Positions 31,367-47,500 of a stretch of DNA of 64,000 nucleotides are shown piece after piece (position 1 is the stretch's first letter; each line of letters begins with the position of its first letter). A program made the position numbers and the translations under genes. This DNA comes from an uncultured Chloroflexia bacterium (GTDB lineage Bacteria; Chloroflexota; Limnocylindria; Limnocylindrales; CSP1-4). Location of the stretch: positions 480,001-544,000 of the forward strand of contig OY970218.1 of the NCBI GenBank assembly GCA_963713975.1. Reading direction: 5' to 3'. Under the pieces are notes generated by a model. That model was not told the origin of the DNA. It was given only the letters and a program-made list of their open reading frames with translations, and did no database searches.

Positions 31367-32632
31367 TCAGAGGACCCGGGCGAAGACCTCGTTCGAAAGG
31401 AGGCGGCCCTTCGTCGTGAAGCGGACGCGGTCTCCCGTCGATGACCTGACGATCTCCAGGAGCGCGCCATCGAGCGCCCACGCGAGATGGGGTCCGAGCG
31501 GCCCGGTCTCGGTATCGGAGAGCGCGAGCCCCTCGTCCAGGCGCAGGCCCAGGATCACCGCCTCGACCGCGGCGGCGGCGTCGTCCACAGCCTCCGCGCC
31601 ACCCGGGGGCAGGCCCGGTGGGGACCCATCGGCCGGCGCCAGCGCCCCGATGTATCCGTCCATGCGCGCGGCATTCCAGCGCCGGACCGCACCGTCGAAC
31701 GCATGTGCCCCCGGCCCCACGGCCTCGTAGGACTCGCGGCGCCAGTAGGCGAGGTTGTGCCGGCTCTCGTGTCCGGCACGCGCCCAGTTGGAGATCTCGT
31801 AGCCCCGGAACCCGGCGGCGCCCAGGCGGTCCGCCGCAAGCGTGTACTGCGCCGCCGCCCGGTCCTCGTCCTGCTCCCGGGTCGCGATCGTCCGCCACCG
31901 CCGCGCCCCGGCGGTCGTGGGCAGGTGATCGCCGAGCGGGCCGGTCAAGCCCTCCGCCTCCGGGTCGTCGAGGGTCAGCGCATAGGCCGAGACGTGGTCC
32001 GGGCCAAGGGCCAGCGCCGCATCCAGCGCCGCCGCCCAGGTTTCCACGGTCTGCCCGGGTGTGTCGTACAGCAGGTCGACTGAGATGGACCCGATCCCGG
32101 CCGCCCGCGCCCCGGTCATGGCTTCGGCGACATCCGCCGGGCGGTGGCGGCGGCCCAGTCGTCGCAAGGAGGCCCCGTCCATCGCCTGGGCGCCGAGCGA
32201 GAGGCGGTTCACGCCGGCCTCGACCATCGCCGCCATGTCGCCACGCTCGTCCGGACCCGGGTTGGCCTCGATCGTCACCTCGGCATCGGACGCCACCCCG
32301 AAGCGGAGGCGGATGCGGTCCAGGATGGCCGCGATCGATCTCGCCGGCAGCAGCGTGGGCGTCCCACCGCCCAGGTACACGCTGCGCAGGGGCGGCCGGT
32401 CCGGTCCGAACGTGGCATCGACCGCGGCGGCCCTGAGGGCGATCTCGGCGAGCAGGGCGTCAACGAAGGTCGCGACCCGTGCCGCCGGCCCGCGTGCCGC
32501 CGCGCCCGCGTAGACCACGAAGTCGCAGTACGGGCAGAGGGAGATGCAGAAGGGCACGTGGGCGTAGAGCGCGACCGGCGGCCGGGCCGCGACGCCGGGA
32601 CTCGGCCGGCCCGTCGGTGGGGACGTGCTCAG
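31367..32632 (-). CDS. hemW: radical SAM heme chaperone HemW (HemN-like)
   Basis: LYAHVPFCISLCPYCDF, GGGTPT, YEISNW..HNLAYW; start approximate. Confidence 0.88.
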   Translation of the reverse strand: MSTSPPTGRPSPGVAARPPVALYAHVPFCISLCPYCDFVVYAGAAARGPAARVATFVDALLAEIALRAAAVDATFGPDRPPLRSVYLGGGTPTLLPARSIAAILDRIRLRFGVASDAEVTIEANPGPDERGDMAAMVEAGVNRLSLGAQAMDGASLRRLGRRHRPADVAEAMTGARAAGIGSISVDLLYDTPGQTVETWAAALDAALALGPDHVSAYALTLDDPEAEGLTGPLGDHLPTTAGARRWRTIATREQDEDRAAAQYTLAADRLGAAGFRGYEISNWARAGHESRHNLAYWRRESYEAVGPGAHAFDGAVRRWNAARMDGYIGALAPADGSPPGLPPGGAEAVDDAAAAVEAVILGLRLDEGLALSDTETGPLGPHLAWALDGALLEIVRSSTGDRVRFTTKGRLLSNEVFARVL

Positions 32633-33429
32633 GGCTCCCTGCCGTCGCGCGGGCCCAGGACCTGCCAGCCGTCGGGTGTCCGGCGGCGGCGCTCGACCTC
32701 CTCGACCTCGGTCCCCTTCTTCTTGGGGATGGCGGCATGCCCCGTGGTCAGGAAGATCGCGATCCGGGTGATCGAGTGGCCGAGGAAGGCCGCGCCGATC
32801 CCGCCCGTGATGGCGGTGAGCCAGCCACCCGCGAGGCCCATCACCAGCGCCGTGACCAGCATGTACCACGGCCGGCCCGGTGCCCCCAGCCGCGTGGCAA
32901 GCGCGTACAGCAACGCCTGGATCAGGTTGGCGAGGTTGGGGTCCATCCCCGTGGCGATCAGGAACCCGAACAGGATGCCGCGGAAGACCGCCTCGTCCAC
33001 GAACGCGGTGGCGATCGCGTTGAGGAACTTGGCCGGGTACGACGCGACGGGCGGGAAGCGCACGTAGCCGTAGCGGATGAGCGCGATGCCCACCGCGACC
33101 GTGACCCCGATGGCGCCGTAGGCCAGGCCCAGGATCACGGTGCCCAAGCGGTCGCCGAGGCTCAGGTACAGGTCCACCGCCGGGTTCGGGTGGACCTTCA
33201 TCACGACCAGGATCCCGCCGATGCCCAGCAGGTACCAGGCGAGCCGCCGCATCAGGGATGGCGGCCTGCCCCAGCGGTCGATGTCGTCGTATTCCGCGGC
33301 GTTGAAGCGCTCCGCGTCGAGCCGGAGGATGAACAGGAGCAGGGTCAGCCCCAGGACCATCAGGACGCGGAGGATGTCCGGGATGTCGTCGAGCATCCCC
33401 AGCACGTCCGGGATCGGCAGGTCCGGCAT
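32629..33429 (-). CDS. CPBP (CAAX/Abi) family membrane protein
   Basis: Multi-TM; DEAVFRG and H motif 4; motifs partly degenerate. Confidence 0.7.
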   Translation of the reverse strand: MPDLPIPDVLGMLDDIPDILRVLMVLGLTLLLFILRLDAERFNAAEYDDIDRWGRPPSLMRRLAWYLLGIGGILVVMKVHPNPAVDLYLSLGDRLGTVILGLAYGAIGVTVAVGIALIRYGYVRFPPVASYPAKFLNAIATAFVDEAVFRGILFGFLIATGMDPNLANLIQALLYALATRLGAPGRPWYMLVTALVMGLAGGWLTAITGGIGAAFLGHSITRIAIFLTTGHAAIPKKKGTEVEEVERRRRTPDGWQVLGPRDGREP

Positions 33430-33460
33430 CAGGCGCGCGTCACCATGGCCTGATGGGCGA

Positions 33461-35272
<1,812 letters not shown>

Positions 35273-35377
35273 GAAGCGGGAGTGTAGCGGGTCGAATGCC
35301 GTGGGCACCCACGTGGGGATGACCCAACCATGCGCATGGACGGGTCCGCCGCGACCACACCGGCTACGATGCCGCCG

Positions 35378-36019
35378 ATGAACGATGTCCCGTTCCCCGA
35401 CCACCTCGTCGCTGGGTTCCTCCGCTTCCGTAACACGCGGTTCGCATCGGAGCTCGAGCGCTACCAGCGCCTGGAAGTTGAGGGCCAGCGTCCCGCCACC
35501 ATGGTCATCGCCTGCTCGGATTCGCGATCCGGCCCCGAGACCGTGTTCGACGTCGCGCCCGGCGAGGTCTTCGTGGTCCGGAATGTGGCCGCGCTCGTGC
35601 CCGTCTATGCCCCGGACACGGGGAGCCACGGCGCCTCGGCGGCCCTGGAGTACGCGGTGCTGGCCCTCGGCATCTCCTCCATCGTGGTCATGGGCCACGG
35701 GCGCTGCGGCGGCGTGGCCGCGGCCTTCGATGACGCGGCCCCGCTCACGGCGACCGACTTCATCGGCACGTGGGTGGCGGGCCTGCGCGACCTCGACGCC
35801 GGCATGGACGCTGCCGTCCACGCGGACCCTGCGCGCCGACGGCGCGAGCTCGAGCACCGCACCATCGAGCAGTCGCTGGTGAACCTGCGCACCTTCCCGT
35901 GGATCCGCTCGCGCGAGAACGCCGGGGCGCTGTCCATCGCCGGCTGCTGGTTCGACATCGGGCTGGGCGAGCTCTGGACCCTGGGCTCGGACGGCTGGAT
36001 CCAGGTCGTGGACCGCTGA
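35378..36019 (+). CDS. beta-class carbonic anhydrase
   Basis: CSDSR, RNVA, HGRCGG Zn ligands. Confidence 0.93.
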   Translation: MNDVPFPDHLVAGFLRFRNTRFASELERYQRLEVEGQRPATMVIACSDSRSGPETVFDVAPGEVFVVRNVAALVPVYAPDTGSHGASAALEYAVLALGISSIVVMGHGRCGGVAAAFDDAAPLTATDFIGTWVAGLRDLDAGMDAAVHADPARRRRELEHRTIEQSLVNLRTFPWIRSRENAGALSIAGCWFDIGLGELWTLGSDGWIQVVDR

Positions 36020-36067
36020 CCCGCGGCGCCCGTCGCGACCGAGCGTGCCCGGGTCTACGATGACTCC

Positions 36068-37723
36068 ATGAGCGCGGACGAGACCACAACCACTCCCATC
36101 GACCAGACTCCCGAGTGGCGGGTGCTGCTGGCGCACCAGGCCACGATGCGGGACCGCCACCTGCGCGAGATGTTCGCCGAGGATCCTGCGCGCGCCGGGC
36201 GCATGACCGCCGAGGGCGCGGGGCTGTTCCTCGACTACAGCAAGCACCGGGTGACCGACGAGACCATGAGCCTCCTGCTGGCCCTGGCCGGCGCGGCGCA
36301 TGTGGGGCAGCGCCGGGACGCGATGTTCGCGGGCGAGCGGATCAACGTGACCGAGGACCGCGCCGTCCTGCACACCGCCCTGCGCACACCGGCGGACCGG
36401 CACGTGGTCGTCGATGGCCACGACGTGGTCCCGGACATCCACGAGGTCCTGGACCGCATGGCGGCGTTTGCCCGGCGGGTCCGCCTCGGCGAATGGAAGG
36501 GCTTCACCGGCAAGCAGATCCGCAGCGTCGTCAACATCGGCATCGGCGGCTCGGACCTGGGGCCGGCCATGGCCACCGAGGCGTTGGGCAACTACACGGA
36601 CCGGTCCATGCGATTCCGGTTCGTATCCAACATCGACGGCACGGACATCCGCGACGCGACCCTGGACCTGGACCCGGCTGAGACCCTGTTTGTCGTCGCG
36701 AGCAAGACCTTCACCACGCTGGAGACACTGACCAACGCGCGCACGGCTCGCGACTGGCTCCTCGCGGGCCTCTCCGACGAGGCCGCGGTTGCCCGCCACT
36801 TCGTCGCCGTGAGCACCAACGCCCCCAAGGTTGCCGAGTTCGGCATCGACACCGCCAACATGTTCGGCTTCTGGGACTGGGTCGGCGGCCGGTACTCCAT
36901 GGACTCGGCGATCGGCCTGTCGCTGATGCTGGCCATCGGACCGGACGACTTCCGCGAGCTGCTCACCGGCTTCCGGGAGATGGACGCGCACTTCCTGGAC
37001 GCGCCGATGGAGCGGAACCTGCCGGTGCTGATGGCCCTCCTGGGCGTCTGGTACCGGAACGGGTTCGGGTTCGAGACCCACGCGGTGCTGCCTTACAGCC
37101 AGGAGCTGGCGCGCTTCCCGGCCTACCTCCAGCAGCTGGACATGGAGTCGAACGGCAAGTCGGTCCGCCTCGACGGCACCCGGGTGACCTGCGACACGGG
37201 GCCCATCGTCTGGGGAACGGCCGGCACCAACGGCCAGCACGCCTACTACCAGCTCCTCCACCAGGGGACGACCATCGTCCCCGCGGACCTGATCGGCTTC
37301 GTCAACCCCACCACCGAGATCGGCGACCACCACGACCTGCTCAACGCCAACCTGTTCGCCCAGGCCGAGGCGCTGGCGTTCGGCAAGACGCACGACGAGG
37401 TGATCGCCGACGGCGTTCCCGCGCACCAGGTAGCGGCTCGCGTGTTCGAGGGCAACCGGCCGTCGTCCGTGCTCCTGGCGGACCGGCTCACGCCGCGCGC
37501 GCTGGGGTCGCTCGTCGCCCTCTACGAGCACAAAGTGTTCGTGCAGGGCGTGATCTGGGGGATCGACTCGTTCGACCAGTGGGGCGTGGAGCTGGGCAAG
37601 GTCCTCGCGACGCGCATCGCGGGCGAGCTGCGGGATGAGGCGTCCGGCCCCGGCAATGCCCATGACTCGTCCACGTCGGCGCTCATCCGGCGGTACCGCG
37701 CGAGGCGGATGCGACCAGGCTGA
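36068..37723 (+). CDS. pgi: glucose-6-phosphate isomerase
   Basis: [39 protein letters not shown]. Confidence 0.98.
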   Translation: MSADETTTTPIDQTPEWRVLLAHQATMRDRHLREMFAEDPARAGRMTAEGAGLFLDYSKHRVTDETMSLLLALAGAAHVGQRRDAMFAGERINVTEDRAVLHTALRTPADRHVVVDGHDVVPDIHEVLDRMAAFARRVRLGEWKGFTGKQIRSVVNIGIGGSDLGPAMATEALGNYTDRSMRFRFVSNIDGTDIRDATLDLDPAETLFVVASKTFTTLETLTNARTARDWLLAGLSDEAAVARHFVAVSTNAPKVAEFGIDTANMFGFWDWVGGRYSMDSAIGLSLMLAIGPDDFRELLTGFREMDAHFLDAPMERNLPVLMALLGVWYRNGFGFETHAVLPYSQELARFPAYLQQLDMESNGKSVRLDGTRVTCDTGPIVWGTAGTNGQHAYYQLLHQGTTIVPADLIGFVNPTTEIGDHHDLLNANLFAQAEALAFGKTHDEVIADGVPAHQVAARVFEGNRPSSVLLADRLTPRALGSLVALYEHKVFVQGVIWGIDSFDQWGVELGKVLATRIAGELRDEASGPGNAHDSSTSALIRRYRARRMRPG

Positions 37724-37866
37724 GTGGCGCGGGCCAGTGGCTGGCCCGAATCGTGGCTGGCCCAAATCGTGGCGGCTCTGCTACCATTCGCCGTCGCGCC
37801 TCGGGCAGGCTTCGCCCGCGCGCGTCGTGATTCACCCGCACACACACGGAACGGAGATCAGCCACC

Positions 37867-38568
37867 TTGGCTAGAACGCCCCGGAAATGGCAGGGCGCTC
37901 GCAACCCGTCCGGGCTGAAGCGCGTCCGCCAGGCTGAGCGCCGGCACGCGATCCTGCAGCCCCGGCGGTCCGCGGCGAAGACCCTCGTTGCCAAGGCCGT
38001 CACGGTCGCCACCGCCCAGCCCGAGAGCGCGGACGTCGCGACCTCGCTGAGCGAGGCCATCTCGGCCCTCGACCGCGCCGCGAAGGCCGGCGCGATCCAC
38101 CCGAACGCGGCTGCACGCCGCAAGAGCCGGCTCATGCTGAAGGTCAACGCGGCAACCGCCGGCACGACCGTCGTCAGCGCCGGCCACGTCGCCAAGTCCA
38201 CCGGCCGGGCCGCCGCGGCCAAGGCCGCCAAGGCCCGCATCGCCGCCGGCAAGGCCGTCAAGGCCAAGGGCGCCCAGACGGCTGCAGGCAAGGCCCGCGC
38301 TGCACTGAGCAAGACGACGCGCGCCGAGGCCACCCCGGCCGCCGCGCCGGTCGCTGAGGCCCCGGCCCCGAAGACCACCCGGTCGAAGGCTGCGCCAAAG
38401 GCCGCCGCCAAGGCCGCACCCAAGGCCACGACCAAGGCTGCCGCCGCGAAGACGGCGACCAAGGCATCGACCACGAAGGCTGCACCGAAGGCCGCCGCCA
38501 AGACGACGACCGCCAAGGCGGCCGCGAAGGCCGCACCCAAGGCGACCAAGGCCGACAAGGACGCGTAG
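37867..38568 (+). CDS. rpsT: 30S ribosomal protein S20 with long Lys/Ala-rich C-terminal extension
   Basis: KRVRQAERR...LDRAAKAGAIHPNAAARRKSRL, then AAPKA/TTKAA repeats; TTG start, SD GGAG. Confidence 0.88.
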   Translation: MARTPRKWQGARNPSGLKRVRQAERRHAILQPRRSAAKTLVAKAVTVATAQPESADVATSLSEAISALDRAAKAGAIHPNAAARRKSRLMLKVNAATAGTTVVSAGHVAKSTGRAAAAKAAKARIAAGKAVKAKGAQTAAGKARAALSKTTRAEATPAAAPVAEAPAPKTTRSKAAPKAAAKAAPKATTKAAAAKTATKASTTKAAPKAAAKTTTAKAAAKAAPKATKADKDA

Positions 38569-38593
38569 TCCGCCGTTCCGGCATATCACCAGG

Positions 38594-38621
38594 ACGCCCC
38601 GGTCATCGACCGGGGCGTTTT
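38594..38621 (+). terminator. intrinsic terminator after rpsT
   Basis: ACGCCCCGGTC-ATC-GACCGGGGCGT-TTT. Confidence 0.75.
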
Positions 38622-38656
38622 CGATTCGCGGGCAATCCGGACGTAACCGGGAGGAC

Positions 38657-39238
38657 TCAGGCCTGCGGGCCCGCCGCTGGCTCGGGGCCGGCAGCGTCGT
38701 CCGGCTTGCGTCGGTTCGTGAAGCCGAACATCACGCCGCCCAGGAGCGCCCCACCAGTCGACAGCACGAGCGTGAGGCCCGCGTTGCTGAGCTGCTGGCC
38801 CCAGTAGAACGAGGTGAACGTGGCCACGTCCGTGATGCCGGCCCCCTCGAACGCGTCGGCCTGGCCGGCAGCAAGGTAGCGCCGGTAGACACAATCTGCG
38901 CCGGTCGTGCAGGTGAGCGGGCCACCTGATGCGGCGTCCCGGTACCCGCCATCGACATTGAAGAACAGCGCCTTGACGCCGAGCAGGAGCACCGCGTACG
39001 TGATGCCCGTGACGAGCCCCGCGAACAGCGCATTGGCCAGGATCCGCTTCCACGGCCCGCCGGCCCGTTCGGACCGGGCGTTGGCGTAGTAGCCGATCAG
39101 CAGCCCCGCCGGCAGGGCGAGGTACCAGTAGACCGGCTCGATCGGGATCACGAGCAGGAAGGAGACCCCGATCGTGACGGCCATGCCGAGGCCGACCCAG
39201 GCTGCCATGATCGCGCCGGGGTCCACGATGCGTCTCAC
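38657..39238 (-). CDS. hypothetical membrane protein (about 4 TM)
   Basis: Hydrophobic helices with CxxxxxC loop; downstream of eno. Confidence 0.7.
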   Translation of the reverse strand: MRRIVDPGAIMAAWVGLGMAVTIGVSFLLVIPIEPVYWYLALPAGLLIGYYANARSERAGGPWKRILANALFAGLVTGITYAVLLLGVKALFFNVDGGYRDAASGGPLTCTTGADCVYRRYLAAGQADAFEGAGITDVATFTSFYWGQQLSNAGLTLVLSTGGALLGGVMFGFTNRRKPDDAAGPEPAAGPQA

Positions 39239-39296
39239 GGCGCGCCCTCCCCGCGGATGGCGCGCCGTGCCGGGCTGGGACGCAAGCCGTCCAGGA

Positions 39297-41824
<2,528 letters not shown>

Positions 41825-41857
41825 GTTCAGTTCCTCCGGGAGCCCGCGTGCTCCGGG

Positions 41858-43009
<1,152 letters not shown>

Positions 43010-43286
43010 TCAACCGCCGGACGGGCGGCTGCGGCGGCGACCCCGAAGAAGAGCAGCGCGTCCGGACGAGCGCGCTGGACAGGAGACCGGTGAAGGCTGG
43101 GGTTCGATCCCGCTCGACGGGAATCCGTGCCGAGGTCGGGAGCGAAGGCCGTGAGAGCGGACAGGGCGTGACCTCGGGGGATGCTGGTTCAAGCGTTCGC
43201 CGTGAATCTTAGCAAACGCCGAATTGGCCACTCCCTGCGGGCGGCCCGGTTGCCACGGGCCACAGGAACCCTCCCGGAACACCATT

Positions 43287-43317
43287 GAGCCCCCTCCGGC
43301 CGGGCCGGAGGGGGCTC
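43287..43317. terminator. 14-bp perfect hairpin after the DUF5679-like gene
   Basis: GAGCCCCCTCCGGC-CGG-GCCGGAGGGGGCTC. Confidence 0.6.
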
Positions 43318-43343
43318 CTGGTCATCGCGAACGATGGTGGCGG

Positions 43344-43484
43344 TCAGCCGCCGATGCGGAACACCTTGCCGCCGCACTTCGGGCAGGTGCCCTTCAGCGC
43401 CGGCTTGCCGTTCTTCATGGTGATCTGCTCGGGGTTCTGGACCTCGACCTTTTCCTTGTCCTTCACGCAATAGGCCTGAGCCAT
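43344..43484 (-). CDS. 46-aa basic DUF5679-like Zn-ribbon microprotein
   Basis: Own translation MAQAYCVKDKEKVEVQNPEQITMKNGKPALKGTCPKCGGKVFRIGG; strong SD GAGGAGG; below ORF-track cutoff. Confidence 0.85.
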   Translation of the reverse strand: MAQAYCVKDKEKVEVQNPEQITMKNGKPALKGTCPKCGGKVFRIGG

Positions 43485-43559
43485 GGTCCGCTCCTCCTCA
43501 TGCAAGCCGCGTCATGTGGGGACGCCCCTCATGCCCGCGGGATCGCGTCGTGCTGGCGC

Positions 43560-44429
43560 TCATGACGGGGTCCAGAGCGACGGGCGCCATCGCGCCGCCC
43601 CGGCCATCGATTTCTGGCGGTCGAGCTGCGCGAGGATCCGGAGGCTCTCGAGCCCCGTATCGATCGCGGCGGCTTCCGCCCTGTCCTTGATATCGCCCTC
43701 GACGAACGCTCCGGTGCGGCGGTTCGCGTACACGGCGCACACGACGCCTGCACGGGAGCCACCGAGCCCGGCGAGAACGAGCACGGCCGAGGCTTCCATC
43801 TCGAAGTTCAGGATGCCCTGGCGTGTCATCTCGTCTGCGAGGTCAGGGTAGCGGATGGGAAGTTGCGGGATCGTGCGGCCCTGCGCACCGTAGAAGCCGG
43901 GCGCGGTGGCCGTGATCCCCAGGTGGTACGGGAGCTCGAGCCCCTCGGCAGCCTCCACCAGTGCGAGGACAGCCTCGTGATGTGCGACCGCCGGGTAGCC
44001 CTCGTGGACGAACCAGTTGGTCGTGGTCTCCAGGCGGACGGAGCCCGTCGAGATGACCAGGTCGCCGAGCTCCATGCCGGGCTGGAGAGCGCCGCAGGAG
44101 CCGATCCGGATGAAGGTGGGACGCTCGACCAGGGCCAGGATCTCGGCGATGACGATCTCGACGTTGTCCGTGCCGATGCCGGTGGACACGCACGAGACCC
44201 GCAATCCCTTGTAGGTCCCGGTCGCGCTCGCAAACTCGCGGTGCCGGTGGGTCCGCTCGACGGAGTCGAAGCGGGACGCGACCCGCTCGACGCGGTCCTG
44301 GTCGCCAGGGAGGAGGATGTAGTCGGCCAGCTCACCCGGGCCGAGCCCGATGTGGTACTGCCGCTCGCCGGCGGGGACCGCGACGCGTTTGTCCGCGTTC
44401 GGCAAGTGCTCGCTCCCAACTTGGCTCAC
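43560..44429 (-). CDS. nucleoside phosphorylase (uridine phosphorylase-like)
   Basis: QYHIG, LPGDQDRV, STGIG, RIGSCG, NFEMEA. Confidence 0.9.
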   Translation of the reverse strand: MSQVGSEHLPNADKRVAVPAGERQYHIGLGPGELADYILLPGDQDRVERVASRFDSVERTHRHREFASATGTYKGLRVSCVSTGIGTDNVEIVIAEILALVERPTFIRIGSCGALQPGMELGDLVISTGSVRLETTTNWFVHEGYPAVAHHEAVLALVEAAEGLELPYHLGITATAPGFYGAQGRTIPQLPIRYPDLADEMTRQGILNFEMEASAVLVLAGLGGSRAGVVCAVYANRRTGAFVEGDIKDRAEAAAIDTGLESLRILAQLDRQKSMAGAARWRPSLWTPS

Positions 44430-44575
44430 GCTCGATCGGCGTGAAGTTCGCCCGAGGATAGGGGGCCGATTCCGTGAGCGTCAAGCCGCTCCGTGTACGC
44501 ACGCCCCGTGCGTGGCCCCGTACGGACGCGTACGAGGCCACGCTCAGGCCCGGGGCGCCCGCCCGGAACGGGCCG

Positions 44576-47500
44576 TCATGCATCCGCCGAGGAGCCTGGC
44601 GGTGACCCCGTGATCGCGTCGATGCGGGCCTGGATCCTGTCCCGCAGCCGGCGTCGGGCGGTCACGTGGCGCCGGGCCGGCACCCCGAGCACGACGGCGC
44701 CGGCCACCGCAAGGATCGCCAGCACGACGAGGCCGCCCGGCAGCAGGTCCGGCCCGCTGCGTGAGACGGGAGCGGCATCGAGCTGTCCCGCATGGGGGCC
44801 AGCGCCCGTCCCGCCGGCCGCCGCGAGGGCGACGCCCGCGTCGTCCGACGGCGGCGCATCGCCGTACCCGCCAAGATCGCCCAGCAGGACGATCCCGGAT
44901 GGGTCGGTGACGACGAGCACGACCTCGTCACCCCCCTCCGGGACGCCCGTGGCGTTGAGGGCGTCGCCCGGCTGCAGGAGGTCGACAAGACCTGCGGCAT
45001 CGGCCTCGAGCATGATCCTGGCCGTCGCGGTGCCATCGTCCAGCCGAACCCCACCGGGCTCGACGGCCGTGACGAGACCCCCGACACGCACGATCGAGCC
45101 GAGGTGCGTCCCGAGATCCGCGAGGGCAACGTCGGTGCCGGTTGCGGAGGACTCCGCCGTGTCACCGGACGCAGTTCCACCCGTACCCTGGGCCGACGTT
45201 CCACCCGTGCCCTGGCCCGACGTGGCCGAGCCCGCCGGCGTGCCCGAGCCCGCCGGCGTCGCCGGACCCAGCGCGAGGTCGGACGCCACCCGGGGCACGA
45301 CCCCGAAACGCCGGTCCTTCGCGGTCGGATAGGGGCGCTTCACGATCCCGATCACCGTCGCCGACCGGCCCTCGACCACGGAGCCGACCTTCACGCCACC
45401 CCCGGCGAGGCCCTGCAACGGCACGCGGAGGCTGCCGGCGACCAGCTCCGCGGTCCACTTGTCACCTGACCGGTGGACCTCGGCGAGGGTCCCGCGCATG
45501 CGGACCAGCCCCCACTCGGTGGCGGCCCCGGGGGCAACCCGCAGATCGTGGACCACCGGTTCGCGCTTGCCGAGGACCCGGATGGCATCGACGCGGAGGC
45601 GCGGTGCTCCCCACGCCCGACCGACCACGCCGGTCACGCGGACCCTCGCCCCGGTGCGGATGCTGGCATCCGGCGCTCCAAGGTAGAGCTCGATGGCGGC
45701 GGTGCCGTCCTCGACGATGGTCCGCCGGCCGGTTGCATCCAGCAGCGAGCCATTCACGGTCACCGTCCCCTCGATCGTCACGTGCCTGCCTTCTCGGACG
45801 CGTGCGGCAGCGATGGTGAGGAGTGGAACGGTCGACGGTGATGCCGAAGGTCGGGGTGATGCCGATGCACCCGGGGTTGCCGACGGCCCCGGCTCCGTGA
45901 CGACGTCGGCGGGGTCCCGGATCCAGAGCCGGTACCCGTCGAGGGCGCCCTTCCGCGTGGCGCGCTGGCCGATGATCCCCGTGAGGGTGACGGTCCTGCC
46001 CTTGCCGAGCATGGCCCGGTCCAGGCCGGCCGAGGCGTCGGCCAGCACCCGCACGGTGGTGCCGTCCGAGCCCTTGATCGTGAGCGCGAGATCGCCGCTG
46101 GTGGCCTTCGTGGCCCCGACGGTGATGCTGCCGGTGAGCGTGGCAAGCCTTCCCTCGGTGGCCTCGCCGACGGCACCCGCCTGGAAGGCCGCCGGGGCCG
46201 GTGCGGCTGCGACCCCGATGACTGCCAGGCCGTCCGCGACGAGGCGCAGCTCCGTCTGGCCGTACGGGGCGGCGATCTTGCCCCGGACCTCGATGACCGT
46301 CCCGCGAGCCGGGGCCACCTGGCCCTCGGTGAGCTTGACGGGAAGGCCCGCGGTCGTGTCGCCGATCGCGAACAGGGGCGGGGTACCAAGCCGGCCGGCC
46401 TCCGCGATGACGATGCCCCGTGCGGTGACGGTCGATCCTTCAGGGGCAGCACGGGCCGCCTCGACCGACAGCGGGACGCTCGACGGCGACGGGCTGGTGG
46501 ACGGTGATGGGCTGGCGGACGGGCTCACCGACGGCGCGACGGTGGGTGACGGCACGGCGGTAGGTGACGGCGAGTCCGCGGGCGTGGGGGCCGGAGACAG
46601 GCTCGGGGCGGGGCTGGGAGTCGGGCTGGGAGGCACGATCGCCAGCTCTCCCGGAAGCGTCGCGTACAGCCGGTAGCCGGCCACTCCCGTACCGCTGCTG
46701 TCGCGCTGGCCGAGCGGGCCCGTAGCGGTCACGATCGCGCCGGTGACGGGGAGCAGGTCGCCCAAGGCGTCGGGCGCCACGATCACGCGGACTGGTCCGG
46801 AGCCGTCGTCGATCATCAGGCCCAGTCCATCGCCGAGGTCCGAGGGCGCCTCCGTGACCGTCCCGGTAAGCGAGACGCGGAGCCCTTCGACAGGCTCTGC
46901 CGCATCGACGGTGCGCACCGCCACGGGGGACGCGAGGGAGCCTTCGCCGTACGGCACGATGCCGGCTGCCGAGACCCGAAGGGTCCGCTGCGCGTACCGC
47001 GTGTCGAGCGTTCCGGCCAGGCGAACCCGCGTTCCGGCGGGCACCGGCGTGACGAGCGGCGAGTCGATGTAGACGGCGATGCCCGCGGTCCCGTCCTGCA
47101 CGAAGCCTGCGTGCCCGCTCTCGAGGACGCCGAGGGCGGTCGTCAGGGTGCCCTCGATCTCGGCGCTCGCGGCATCCGGCAGTGCTCGTACGGCCGAGAT
47201 CGGCTGGACCGGCCGGGGTGTCGGCTGCGGCGTGGGTGCAGGGCTCGGGGTCGGCGTGGGTGCAGGGGTCGGGGTCGGTGTGGCGGTCGGTGTGGCGGTC
47301 GGTGTCGGTGTCGGTGCGAGCGTTGGGGTCGGGGCCGGCGTTGGCGTGGGTGTCGGTGTCGGCATAGGGGTCGGGGTCGGGGTCGGGGTCGGGGCAACCG
47401 TGGGTGTCGGTGTCGGGGTCGGCGTGGGTGTAGGTGTCGGGACCGGCGCTGGCTCCCAGGAGAGCCCCTGGGCCGCCGGAGCCGCGTTCACGGCGAAGTC

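Noticed and set aside
35273-37765. Apparent 830-aa N-terminal extension of LepA
   Set aside because: It is the antisense of pgi and carbonic anhydrase; real LepA starts at about 35272
45165-45265. Short direct repeats
   Set aside because: They encode a Gly/Thr/Ser linker of the LTD/OB protein
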